Shown piece by piece: positions 7,529 through 17,000 of a stretch of DNA of 64,000 nt. The position numbers and the translations under genes are program-made. The stretch is from an uncultured Sphaerobacteraceae bacterium (GTDB lineage: Bacteria; Chloroflexota; Chloroflexia; Thermomicrobiales; UBA6265): NCBI GenBank assembly GCA_964371945.1, contig CAYJPA010000003.1:29179-93178 (forward strand), given 5' to 3'. Every line of letters starts with the position of its first letter. Positions within the stretch are counted from its first letter, which is position 1. The notes beneath the pieces were generated by a model that saw only the letters and a program-made list of their open reading frames with translations, searched no databases and had not been told where the DNA came from.

Positions 7529-9475
7529 CTAGACAGAGGCGGCGTCCATCACATGCTCCACGCGGGCATCGATCGGTGATTCGACCGCCGTAAGCGATCT
7601 TCGAATGAAGCTCGCCGCCTTTAACGCGGCGTCCCACTCGGTTTCGCCATGCGAGACCTCATGTTCGAAGTGGACATCGAGCTCGCGCATATCCGCGGTC
7701 AGCTCATCAAGCTGAGCCGCCCGGCCGGCCGGCGCGCGGTCGGTGCCGATAATCATCAACGCCGCATCGATCACGCCGACAAAAGTTGAGGGCGTGCGCA
7801 GTGCGTACGCGCCGCGATTCGTCGCCGGAATGCCGAAGTTTCTGGTCATCCAGGAGCGGAAACTTGCGTCAGCAAAGTCGAATTCGAGATCCCAGTCCGC
7901 GATCGGATCAACCGCGACAACTGCCTGGACCTGTCCAGGACGGCTTCCGGCAAGCAAAAGTGCCAGCGTTCCGCCGTGCCCGCTGCCGGCGACCGCGATT
8001 CGCCCGTAATCGATGCCCCCGATCTTGGAGACCGCATCTCGGATCGTAAGCAAATCCGCGACCTCGGCCTCGGTGGCGATCTGGTCCTTCAAAGCATTCG
8101 TCACCTTGCGGCCATATCCAGGCGATCCCGGCAGTACCGGCGCGAACACAGCCAGCCCAGTCGCGGCCAGCGCCTGCGCGACCGGATCGAATGCCGCGAC
8201 ACGCGCTCGATCAGGTCGGTCGCCGAGGTAGATCACCGCGGGCATCGGACCCGATGTCTCGCTCATCTGATAGAAGAGCCCACCAAGTTTCTTGCCACCG
8301 ATCTCGACCTCGATGTGTCGCGGTGCGATCAACGATCGGTCAGTCGACCATCCCACGACGGCCGGCAGTTCGGTTCGTTCGGCGTCAGCCTTCGCCTCTT
8401 GAACGATGAACCGTGGAGAACCGATCGCGGGTTGGTACAGGTAGACCACGCTCTTATCGGGCAAGAATCTGGGAGAGGAGACCGTTCCGGAACCTGGATC
8501 CAGCTCCGTCGCGCTGGACGAGCTCGCGGCTCGTTCGCAACATCGCACGACACCGTCTTTGAGTCGTGTGTAGACAACGCGGCCCCCGTCATGCGAGTAA
8601 TGCGGATCGGATTTGTCACCCGCCTCGCTGGCGACGTTCCAACCGGCGCTGTTGTCCGCGTTCACAACCGAGACGTTCTCCCAGTCGCCATCGTCAGAAA
8701 CATGCAGCACAAGCGCGCGATCCGGCGCCCAGGAGAGCTGCCGCCGGTTCGCCAGCCGCTTGGTGATCTGCTTGGTTTCGCCGGTTGCGACATTGACCGT
8801 CCAGAGATGATCGCCGGTTTGATCGCTTTCGAGCGTTCGGCGAGCGAAGGCGATCCGCTGGCCGTCGGAGGACCAGCACAAATCGTGATCGTCTTGACCG
8901 GGACCACCCTGCGTCATTTGAACCGCGGTGCCTACACCGTCGACGAACGCGACGCAGACCGAATCGCGTCCATCACGCCGGGAAATGAAGGCGATCATCG
9001 TTCCGTCGGGAGACCACTTTGGTGACGAATCTGCCCCAGGATGGTCCACCAACATGCGGGCGGAACCATTCTCGACGTCAAGAATGAAGATCGCGGAACG
9101 ACCATCGGCAGGATGCGCACCGGTGACCGCAAGCCAAGCGCCGTCCGGCGACCATTGCGGGGCGTCATCCGATGCGAAGAAATCGATCGTGGTCGAGAGC
9201 GCCTTCGGTTCACTGCCATCGAGCGGGCTCAACCAAAGGTGCAGCGCCCCGGCAATATCTCGCTGAAAGTAGGCAAGCGTCGTACCGTCTGCTGAAAGTT
9301 CCGACAGACCGGGCCGCGAGGGGCTTTCGACGGGAAGCGAGAATTCTGAAGCAGCGGCTTGATCGCTTTGCTCATCTTCGAGGGCTTCTGGTGAGACGTC
9401 TTCAACGATCTCATCAACGTCAATGCCGTTTGACTCGTTCTCTGCCTCGGTCATTCGAATTCCTTCACCCGTCAA
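7529..9475 (-). CDS. S9 family (prolyl oligopeptidase/acylaminoacyl peptidase-like) protein: TolB-like beta-propeller + alpha/beta hydrolase
   Basis: Propeller repeats PQWSPDGAWLAV, PKWSPDGTMIAF, WSSDGQRIAF. The C-terminal hydrolase fold has IIGTDR..(Asp) and EVSHGE (His). The nucleophile elbow reads AGSGHGG, which is non-canonical. Confidence 0.8.
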   Translation of the reverse strand: MTGEGIRMTEAENESNGIDVDEIVEDVSPEALEDEQSDQAAASEFSLPVESPSRPGLSELSADGTTLAYFQRDIAGALHLWLSPLDGSEPKALSTTIDFFASDDAPQWSPDGAWLAVTGAHPADGRSAIFILDVENGSARMLVDHPGADSSPKWSPDGTMIAFISRRDGRDSVCVAFVDGVGTAVQMTQGGPGQDDHDLCWSSDGQRIAFARRTLESDQTGDHLWTVNVATGETKQITKRLANRRQLSWAPDRALVLHVSDDGDWENVSVVNADNSAGWNVASEAGDKSDPHYSHDGGRVVYTRLKDGVVRCCERAASSSSATELDPGSGTVSSPRFLPDKSVVYLYQPAIGSPRFIVQEAKADAERTELPAVVGWSTDRSLIAPRHIEVEIGGKKLGGLFYQMSETSGPMPAVIYLGDRPDRARVAAFDPVAQALAATGLAVFAPVLPGSPGYGRKVTNALKDQIATEAEVADLLTIRDAVSKIGGIDYGRIAVAGSGHGGTLALLLAGSRPGQVQAVVAVDPIADWDLEFDFADASFRSWMTRNFGIPATNRGAYALRTPSTFVGVIDAALMIIGTDRAPAGRAAQLDELTADMRELDVHFEHEVSHGETEWDAALKAASFIRRSLTAVESPIDARVEHVMDAASV

Positions 9476-9597
9476 ATCCGGTGCCTGTCATCGCTTGCAT
9501 CGCACCACCGTCCGGAGCTGTTGATCCCAGGGCAACCAACGTCAGGCCCAAGAACCTGGGATCAGGTGCGATCGATCCCACCGGCTGTCTCCTTCAA

Positions 9598-11253
9598 CTA
9601 TAGAGTGTCACCGCCCTTGAGACGACCGCCGGCGCTTTCCGCGGGCTTCACTCCAAATCCACCGCCTCCGGCAGCCACGCTCGTAAACCGATCGCCGTCC
9701 GACGTAAGTTTGACCTCTCCGGTGATCAAATGGCCCGCCCCGTCGGTGAGATCGCGGTCGTTGAGCAAGACCTGGGTCAGGTTCCCGGGGCCGCCGCCGA
9801 AGAGACCGGGCGCGGGATGGCGAAGACGATCCGGATGAAGATAGAACCGAATGTCGGCGTTCGAACCCGGCAAGCGGCGCATGCGAGTGCGAAAGCCGGG
9901 CGTTCCCCGGAACGCCCCATCCCCACCGCTCTCTTCGATCACGGTACGTTCGTCTATGAGAATGGGGGAGCGCGCCTCGAAGACCTCCACCGGCACATTG
10001 CCCGCGCTGGACGGGAAGCAGTTGTAGCCCAGACCGTTCGTGCCTTGTCCCGCCCCTCGTCCACCACCGGTGAAATAGTGGACCCCGAACGGTGAGCCGT
10101 CCGCTTCGGTGCCCGCGGCACGGAAGGCGTGCATCAACCCATTACCGGCCTGAACGCGATCCGGCAGTGCGGGCGCCAGTGCTCCGAAGAGCAGCGTGTG
10201 CAAGTGCCATCCGGTTTGCGTGCGCGCGTTCACCGAGGCGGTGCGGCCGCAGTTCAGAATGCTCCCTTCTGGCGCGGTGACATCGATCGGCCGGAAGCAA
10301 CCCTCGTTGTTCGGAACGTTTGGAGTCAGCAGGCACTTCAATGGATAGACGGTGTGGGCTCGGGTGTAGGTGAAGGTGCAATTGATCCCGCCGGATGGTT
10401 GTTGTGGCGCGGAGCCGGCATAGTCGACCGAGATTCGATCGCCCTCGATCTGGATCTCTCCAAGGAGAATCAGATCGCCATGCGGCGCCTCGACGACCGC
10501 CTCGTTGACATAAACACCGTTGGGCGTAGCGGCAATTGCCCGGCGCATCGCGGACTCGGCGCGGGCCTGGAGAATCCCGGCCAATTCGACGAGATCATCG
10601 AGACCATATTCGTCAAGAAACGCGATGATCCGGCGCGATCCGACCTCGTTCGCGGCTACCTGCGCGGCGATGTCGGTCAGCACCATCTCAGGTTGCCGGA
10701 CATTGTTTCCGATCACTTCGAAGAGCAGATCGTTCGGTTGTCCCCGGTCGTAGAGTTTGGCGAGCGGAATGTAAAGACCTTCCTCATACCGGTCTCGAGC
10801 ACTCAAGCCGTCGAGGGTGCCTCCAATGGATGAGGTGTGCGCTACGGTGTTGTTGAACGCAACAACGCGATCGCCTCGAAAGATCGGCGTGATCACTGAA
10901 ATGTCGTCCAGGTGACCGGCGCACAGCCACGGATCGTTTGTGACATAGACATCGCCTGGAGACATCGTGTCTACCGGGAACTTGACCAGCAACGCGCGCG
11001 TCACTTCCGGCATGACCAGATTGAAAACCGGCATCGAACGGGAGGAGTGGGCGAGTCCGTTGCCCGCCGCGTCCAGCAATTCGCAGCCGTAATCTTGCGC
11101 GGCGCCGATCACAGGAGAGACGGCAGTTCGCAGCACCGTCGTCCACATCTCGTCGGTGATCGCGATCAACCGGCTCCACATGATCTCGAGCCCGACCGGG
11201 TCGTTTGCCAGCGTTGCAGCGTTTGTGCTCCATTGCGGGGTTTCAACTGTCAT
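9598..11253 (-). CDS. hyuB: Hydantoinase B/oxoprolinase family protein
   Basis: DPVGLEIMWSRLIAITDEMWTTVLRTAVSPVIGAAQDYGCELLD is typical of the HyuB N-terminus. Start ATG 11253 forms an ATGA overlap with the hyuA stop, and the longer ORF to 11424 is unlikely. Confidence 0.9.
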   Translation of the reverse strand: MTVETPQWSTNAATLANDPVGLEIMWSRLIAITDEMWTTVLRTAVSPVIGAAQDYGCELLDAAGNGLAHSSRSMPVFNLVMPEVTRALLVKFPVDTMSPGDVYVTNDPWLCAGHLDDISVITPIFRGDRVVAFNNTVAHTSSIGGTLDGLSARDRYEEGLYIPLAKLYDRGQPNDLLFEVIGNNVRQPEMVLTDIAAQVAANEVGSRRIIAFLDEYGLDDLVELAGILQARAESAMRRAIAATPNGVYVNEAVVEAPHGDLILLGEIQIEGDRISVDYAGSAPQQPSGGINCTFTYTRAHTVYPLKCLLTPNVPNNEGCFRPIDVTAPEGSILNCGRTASVNARTQTGWHLHTLLFGALAPALPDRVQAGNGLMHAFRAAGTEADGSPFGVHYFTGGGRGAGQGTNGLGYNCFPSSAGNVPVEVFEARSPILIDERTVIEESGGDGAFRGTPGFRTRMRRLPGSNADIRFYLHPDRLRHPAPGLFGGGPGNLTQVLLNDRDLTDGAGHLITGEVKLTSDGDRFTSVAAGGGGFGVKPAESAGGRLKGGDTL

Positions 11254-13367
11254 CGCCGGCCTCCGCGCTGAACCACGAGCGCACCGAATGGATTGATCTC
11301 GCCATGGTCGCCCGGTTGGAGCACCGTCGTTGCGGCGGTCTCTTCGATAATTGCTGGACCAGTGAGGCGCGCACCGGCACGAAGCAATGGACGATCGTAA
11401 ACGGGCGCTGAAACATATCCCCAATCGTGCGTCCCAAAGAAGACCGGGCGGTATCCTGTCAAAGCAGAAGAAGGATCTTGGTCGCCAATCTCCTGAGCTG
11501 AAAGCCGGACCCTGCCCTCGGGACCGCGTGCCTCGATCCGCCAGGTGGTCGCCTCAACCGGCAGCCCAGTCAGCATCCGCCCATATCGCTCCGCATAAGC
11601 GAAATCAAAGGCGTCGGCCAGCTTCGATTTCCGGTCGGGACCCGGGCCAAGGTCCGCTACCGTTAGCTCGTGATACTGACCGGCAAGACGCAAATCGACG
11701 GATCGTTCGACGACAATCTCCGTACGGGAGACGCCGGCAGCAAGGAGCGCGTCAGTCGCTTCTCGCTCCATCCCGGCATAGATCGAGTCGACCTTCGTCC
11801 AATCGATCGAATCCAGCCGGCCCGCGGAGGTTCGGGCGAGACTGATCGAGGGCGGCGCGACGAGACAACCCAACGCCGAGGCGACACCGGCCCCGGCCGG
11901 GAAAATCACCTCATCGATCTCGAGCAGTGAAGCAACGGCCATGGCATGCGCCGGTCCGGCGCCGCCGAATGCGAGCAACGTATAGCGCCGGGGGTCCTTG
12001 TTTTTCTCGATCGCGTGGATCCTCGCCGCCGCGGCCATCGCTTCGTTCGCAATTCGGTAGATTCCCCACGCTGTCTCGATCGCCGAAAGGCCGATCCGCG
12101 CGCCCAACCCCGCAAGCGCGGCCTCCGCGGCATCACGGTCGAGCTGCATTCGCCCACCCAGGAATGACCCTTCGGCCAGGTAACCGAGCAGCAGATTCGC
12201 ATCGGTGACAGTCGCGTCGGTTCCTCCCCGCCCGTAACAGGCCGGTCCGGGGTCGGCGGCGGCAGAATCCGGACCAACCTTGAGCAGACCGAGCTCATCG
12301 ATTCTCGCGATGCTACCCCCGCCCGCGCCGATTTCGATCAGATCCACCACGGGAATCGCGATCGGTAGACCGCTCCCTGATTTAAAGCGGTGGACCCTGG
12401 CGGCTTCGAGCGAAGCCGCCAGGGCCGGTCGGCCGTCGTCAATCAGGCATGCCTTTGCCGTCGTTCCACCCATATCGAGCGACAACACGCGATTGCGCCC
12501 GGCGAGCGCACCGTGGAATGCGGCAACAAGCGCTCCCGCGGCAGGACCGGATTCAAGCAGGCGAATCGGACGCGCGGTTGCTTCACTCGCCGAGGCGATC
12601 CCTCCGGCAGAAAGCATGATCTGTAGTTCAAGCTCGTCTGGCAGACCACGATCGCGTAGCGCGGCCGTCATTCCGCCGATCGATCGACGGACTTTTCCTT
12701 TCACATAAGCATCCGCGACGGTCGTCGAAAACCGCTCATACTCACCGATGAGTGGAGCGACGCGGGACGAGATCGAAACATCGAGGCCCGGAAACGCCTC
12801 GCCAATCGCTCTAGCAGCGATCTCTTCGTGTTCAGGATTCAGATAGCTGTGAAGGAATCCGACCGCGACCGCTTCAACGCCGGCTGCGACCAGCGGCCGC
12901 AGAACATCCACGACCTGGCAAGGATCGACCGGAGACAACGCAATGCCATCCCGTGTGACCCGCTCATCCGATTCGACGCGGTTTTCTGGCTGTACCAGCG
13001 GTTCAGCCGGAGGCGCAAAGAGGTCGTAGATGTCGTACATCTGATCCCGGCCAAAGGTCAGCAGGTCACGATGCCCGCGGGTGGTCAGAAAAGCGGTTCG
13101 CGCGCCTTTGCGCTCGATCACCGCATTGGTGACCAATGTGGTCGCGTGGACGACAAGGCCCAAACGTGTCGGATCGAGCCGGCCATCAGCTACGAGATCG
13201 TTCCAGCCTTGGAGCGAGGATTGAACCGGGTCAAGTGGATCCGTCGGAACCTTGTGCTCCGCGACGACGTTTCCAATGGTCAGGTCGACCAGCGTGAAAT
13301 CGGTGAACGTGCCGCCTACATCGAAACTCAACGCAAGGTCGCGATCGGGCGAGTTACTAGTTGTCAA
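11250..13367 (-). CDS. hyuA: Hydantoinase A/oxoprolinase family protein
   Basis: LALSFDVGGTFTDFTLVDL and SLDMGGTTAKACLI ATPase motifs of HyuA/acetone carboxylase beta-type proteins. Confidence 0.9.
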   Translation of the reverse strand: MTTSNSPDRDLALSFDVGGTFTDFTLVDLTIGNVVAEHKVPTDPLDPVQSSLQGWNDLVADGRLDPTRLGLVVHATTLVTNAVIERKGARTAFLTTRGHRDLLTFGRDQMYDIYDLFAPPAEPLVQPENRVESDERVTRDGIALSPVDPCQVVDVLRPLVAAGVEAVAVGFLHSYLNPEHEEIAARAIGEAFPGLDVSISSRVAPLIGEYERFSTTVADAYVKGKVRRSIGGMTAALRDRGLPDELELQIMLSAGGIASASEATARPIRLLESGPAAGALVAAFHGALAGRNRVLSLDMGGTTAKACLIDDGRPALAASLEAARVHRFKSGSGLPIAIPVVDLIEIGAGGGSIARIDELGLLKVGPDSAAADPGPACYGRGGTDATVTDANLLLGYLAEGSFLGGRMQLDRDAAEAALAGLGARIGLSAIETAWGIYRIANEAMAAAARIHAIEKNKDPRRYTLLAFGGAGPAHAMAVASLLEIDEVIFPAGAGVASALGCLVAPPSISLARTSAGRLDSIDWTKVDSIYAGMEREATDALLAAGVSRTEIVVERSVDLRLAGQYHELTVADLGPGPDRKSKLADAFDFAYAERYGRMLTGLPVEATTWRIEARGPEGRVRLSAQEIGDQDPSSALTGYRPVFFGTHDWGYVSAPVYDRPLLRAGARLTGPAIIEETAATTVLQPGDHGEINPFGALVVQRGGRR

Positions 13368-13492
13368 CGTCGATGCTGCCCCCGCGAGATACGGTTTCGG
13401 CCCCGGCCGATGCTATCATCGCCGCTCCCGCGAGACAATCGAGCACGGGTGCTTGAAAGCCATCGAGGAACCGCGAAACCACGGGAGCAACG

Positions 13493-14083
13493 ATGCAGTT
13501 TAGTGATGTTGTGCGAAAACGGCGGATGGTCAGGAATTTCACCGAAGAGCCGGTCGATCCAGCCATGATAGATCGAATCCTTGATCTCGCCCGGCGCGCC
13601 CCGAGCGCTGGCTTCACCCAAGGTCAATCGTTCATCGTGGTGACCGATCCGGAACGCCGGCGATCCGTGGCCCGGCTTTGCCTCGAAGAGGAGTATGTCT
13701 CCGGCGGGTTCGATCCCTATATCTCAAAGGCCCCAGTTCAGATCATCGTCTGCACGAACGAATCCGATTACCACAATCGATACCAGCAGCCCGATAAGCT
13801 GGACGATGACGGCTCGGAGATCAATTGGGATGTTCCGTACTGGCATGTCGACGCGGGCTGCGCCGCGATGATCGTGCTGCTGGCTGTCGTCGATGAAGGT
13901 TTGAGCGCGGGCTACGCCGGCGTAATCGATCACGCCGGTCTTCGTTCCTTACTCGGGATCCCGAACGACGTGACCGCGATCGGCGTTATCCCGATCGGCC
14001 ATCCGGCGCCTGATAAGCCTTCCGGCTCACTGACGCGTGGACGACGCGAGCTCAGCCAGATCATCCACCGAGAGCAATGGTAG
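13493..14083 (+). CDS. Nitroreductase family protein
   Basis: MQFSDVVRKRRMVRNFTEEPVDPAMIDRILDLARRAPSAGFTQG is a typical nitroreductase N-terminus. Confidence 0.85.
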   Translation: MQFSDVVRKRRMVRNFTEEPVDPAMIDRILDLARRAPSAGFTQGQSFIVVTDPERRRSVARLCLEEEYVSGGFDPYISKAPVQIIVCTNESDYHNRYQQPDKLDDDGSEINWDVPYWHVDAGCAAMIVLLAVVDEGLSAGYAGVIDHAGLRSLLGIPNDVTAIGVIPIGHPAPDKPSGSLTRGRRELSQIIHREQW

Positions 14084-17000
14084 CCGTCGTTCGCTTCGCG
14101 ATCACAATCGGTAGCCGGGAAAGATCTCCCATTGCCGAGACGGCCGGCGGCTCGTCGTCCGCTGGCCCATGCCATTGTCGCTTGGACTCGTACATTCCGT
14201 GATCCGCGAGATCGATGAGCTCTTGGCGCGTCGTTGCCTGAATCGGATAGACGGCCACGCCGATGGCGAGGCCTATCGCCATGTCGGAATCGGTTTCGAC
14301 GACATTGAGTCGAGTCGCCGCACTCAAAATGCGATCACCGACATCGATCGCTTCAACCGTTCCCGCGTCGGGCAGGATCAACATGAATTCGTCCCCGCCG
14401 TACCGACCGACTTCATCGTACTCGCGCACATTCGACTTAAGTAGTTGCGCCACCCGCTGGAGCACCCGATCGCCAATCTGGTGACCATGCGTATCGTTTA
14501 CATGTTTGAAGCGGTTGAGATCCACCATCATCACGGCGACGGTTTGATCGAGACGTTGCGCCCGGTTGAGCTCAACATCCAGGCGTTCTTGTATGGCCCG
14601 ATGGTTCAACACACCGGTCAACCCGTCCGTGTTTGCTTGCTCTTTGAGCGCCGAATGCATTCGGATGCGCTCAATTGCGATTGCACCCTGACTCGCGAGA
14701 TCGGCCCCGAGGCGAATCGACTCCGACGAGAATGCGTTCTGGGCCGCGGCGTAGCAGCCGACCACCCCGAGACAGCGTTCGCCCACCACCATTGGAATGA
14801 AGAGCGTGCTCTGTTGACGTTCCCCCAGCAGAAAAACCCTTTCTATTTCCGTAAGCGCCTTGGATTCAGGATCGACGATAACCGCGGTTCGGCTCTCAAT
14901 GACTTGGCGTGTAAGCGGCCAGTCGCACAACCGGAATCGCTTCCCTAATTCCGTCATGCCATTTGTCCAAGTTGGCAAGCTATGAACCGCGACGACTTCG
15001 GTTTCGTCCTCAGCGGGATCGAACAGTTCGATCTCGCAACATTCGGCTCCCGCAATGGCCAGACTGGCCAACGCGACTTCGTTCATCACATCTCGCAAGT
15101 CGATACTGGTCGCGACCGCCCGGCTTACCCTGAGCAGCGCCGACTGCTCTTCCGCATACCTGCGCGATTCCTCAAGGAGTTGAGCGTTTTGGATCGCCAG
15201 AGCAGTCTGCAGGGCAATTTCACCGCCGATACGGAGCGTCGATTCACTGAACGAATCGCCAGAGGTTGAGTAGAAAAGAAGCGTTCCGACCGCGTTGTTT
15301 CCAATCCATAGCGGAAACTGAGCCATTGCGCGTGCTTGAACCTGTTCCATTTCACGCCGGCATCGATCCGGGATGTGGTCGTCATCGAAATGAAACACCA
15401 CGCCCCCACGAGTGCTCAAACCGCGTGTCAGGGGTGACAATCCGGGGACTGGCTCTGAATCGAGTGGCCGAATCCCGTGGTTGACATGGGTCGGTTCAGC
15501 GCCCGGTTGCCAAAGCTTAATATCGCAAGTATCAACACCGGCGACGTCGCGACTGGCTTGCGCGATGTCCGTCAGAACCGTGCTCAGATCGAGGCTCGAC
15601 GTCGCCGCTTGGCTGACCCGCAACAATACCGAGCGCTCTTCAGACCGTCGCCGCTCAACCTCGAGCAGGCGGGCATTGTTGAGTGCGAGCGCTACCTGCG
15701 TTCCGATTTCAGTTCCCAGATTGAGCGCTTTGTCATCGAACGCCCCTGGCTCCCGCGACGCGAAGTAGATGACGCCGGTGTCTTCGTTCGAAAGCCAAAC
15801 GGGAACGATCACAATGCTGGCCATGCCGTACTCGGCCATTACGTCGCGATCCGCCTGGATGAGATCGGGATCATCGGCTTCGACAATGACGGGCGTTCTG
15901 CCAGATATCGCCCTGAATTCGGCGGCACCGGGAACGAGTGGAAAACGCGTGCCCGGCTCCACAAGACCGGGCCAGTCCGGTACCGCGATATCCGCTTCAA
16001 CGATCATTTCTTGGAGCGCCATGTCCAGTGAAAAGATGGTGCAACAATCAGTGCCCGGTATGTTCAGACACGCCCGAGCGACTTCGTTCAAGACGATCTG
16101 CTTATCCAAGCTAGAAACAGCCGCCCTGCTAACCCTATGCAGAATCGCCCAGTCATTGCCTCGTTCTCGTTCCGCTTCGAGTAACCGCGCATTGTGAATG
16201 GCCAGCGCCGTCTGCGAGGCGATCTCGCGGCCCAGGCGGAGAGCATCTTGTCCAAGTGCCCTCAACCGTCTCGACGAGAGGTAAAAAATCCCCACTTCTT
16301 TGTCGTGCCGGATGATCGGGACGACCGCGAGACTTTCGATCCCAAACTCCTGGAGCTTCTGACGATTGAACTCATTGAGCTGCGGATCATCGCGTTCGAC
16401 CACGACAGGAGTCCGATTCCTGAGCATTTCGAGATCGAACGACCATTCACTGTCGCTATATCGGGTTCCCACGTCATCTTCGCAGTCCCATCCATCGACC
16501 GCGATATCGGCTAGGACTTCGAACTCGCGCTCCGCTTCGTCCCAAAGCGCGATCGTGCAACACTCCGCGCCTGGAATCGTCATGCTGGCGGACGCGATTT
16601 CGGCCAGGACCTGGCGTACATCCAAACTTGAGGTGGCGGCCCGGCTCACTTGATGAAGGATTGACCATTCCATCGCCCGGTTGTGCTCGGATTGAAGGAG
16701 TTGAGCGTTCCGGATCGCGAGCGCGGTCTGGGCAGCGATTTCGGAGCCAAGGCGCTGAGTCTCTTCATCGAATGCGTCGACTTGTCGCGAGAATACATCG
16801 AGAATGCCGAGGCATTGCTCACCAACCCACAGCGGAAAGACAAGCATGCTTCCAGTTCCCGCATCGACCATGCGCGTTCGGCTGGCTTCATCAAGTTCTG
16901 GGTCCAGCACGTCGAATCGGATCGGGCTTCGGTTGGCCAGCAGCTCGCGTTCTCGCACCCAGTATCCGACCGCATAGCGGGTTCCCGGTTCATCGACCCC

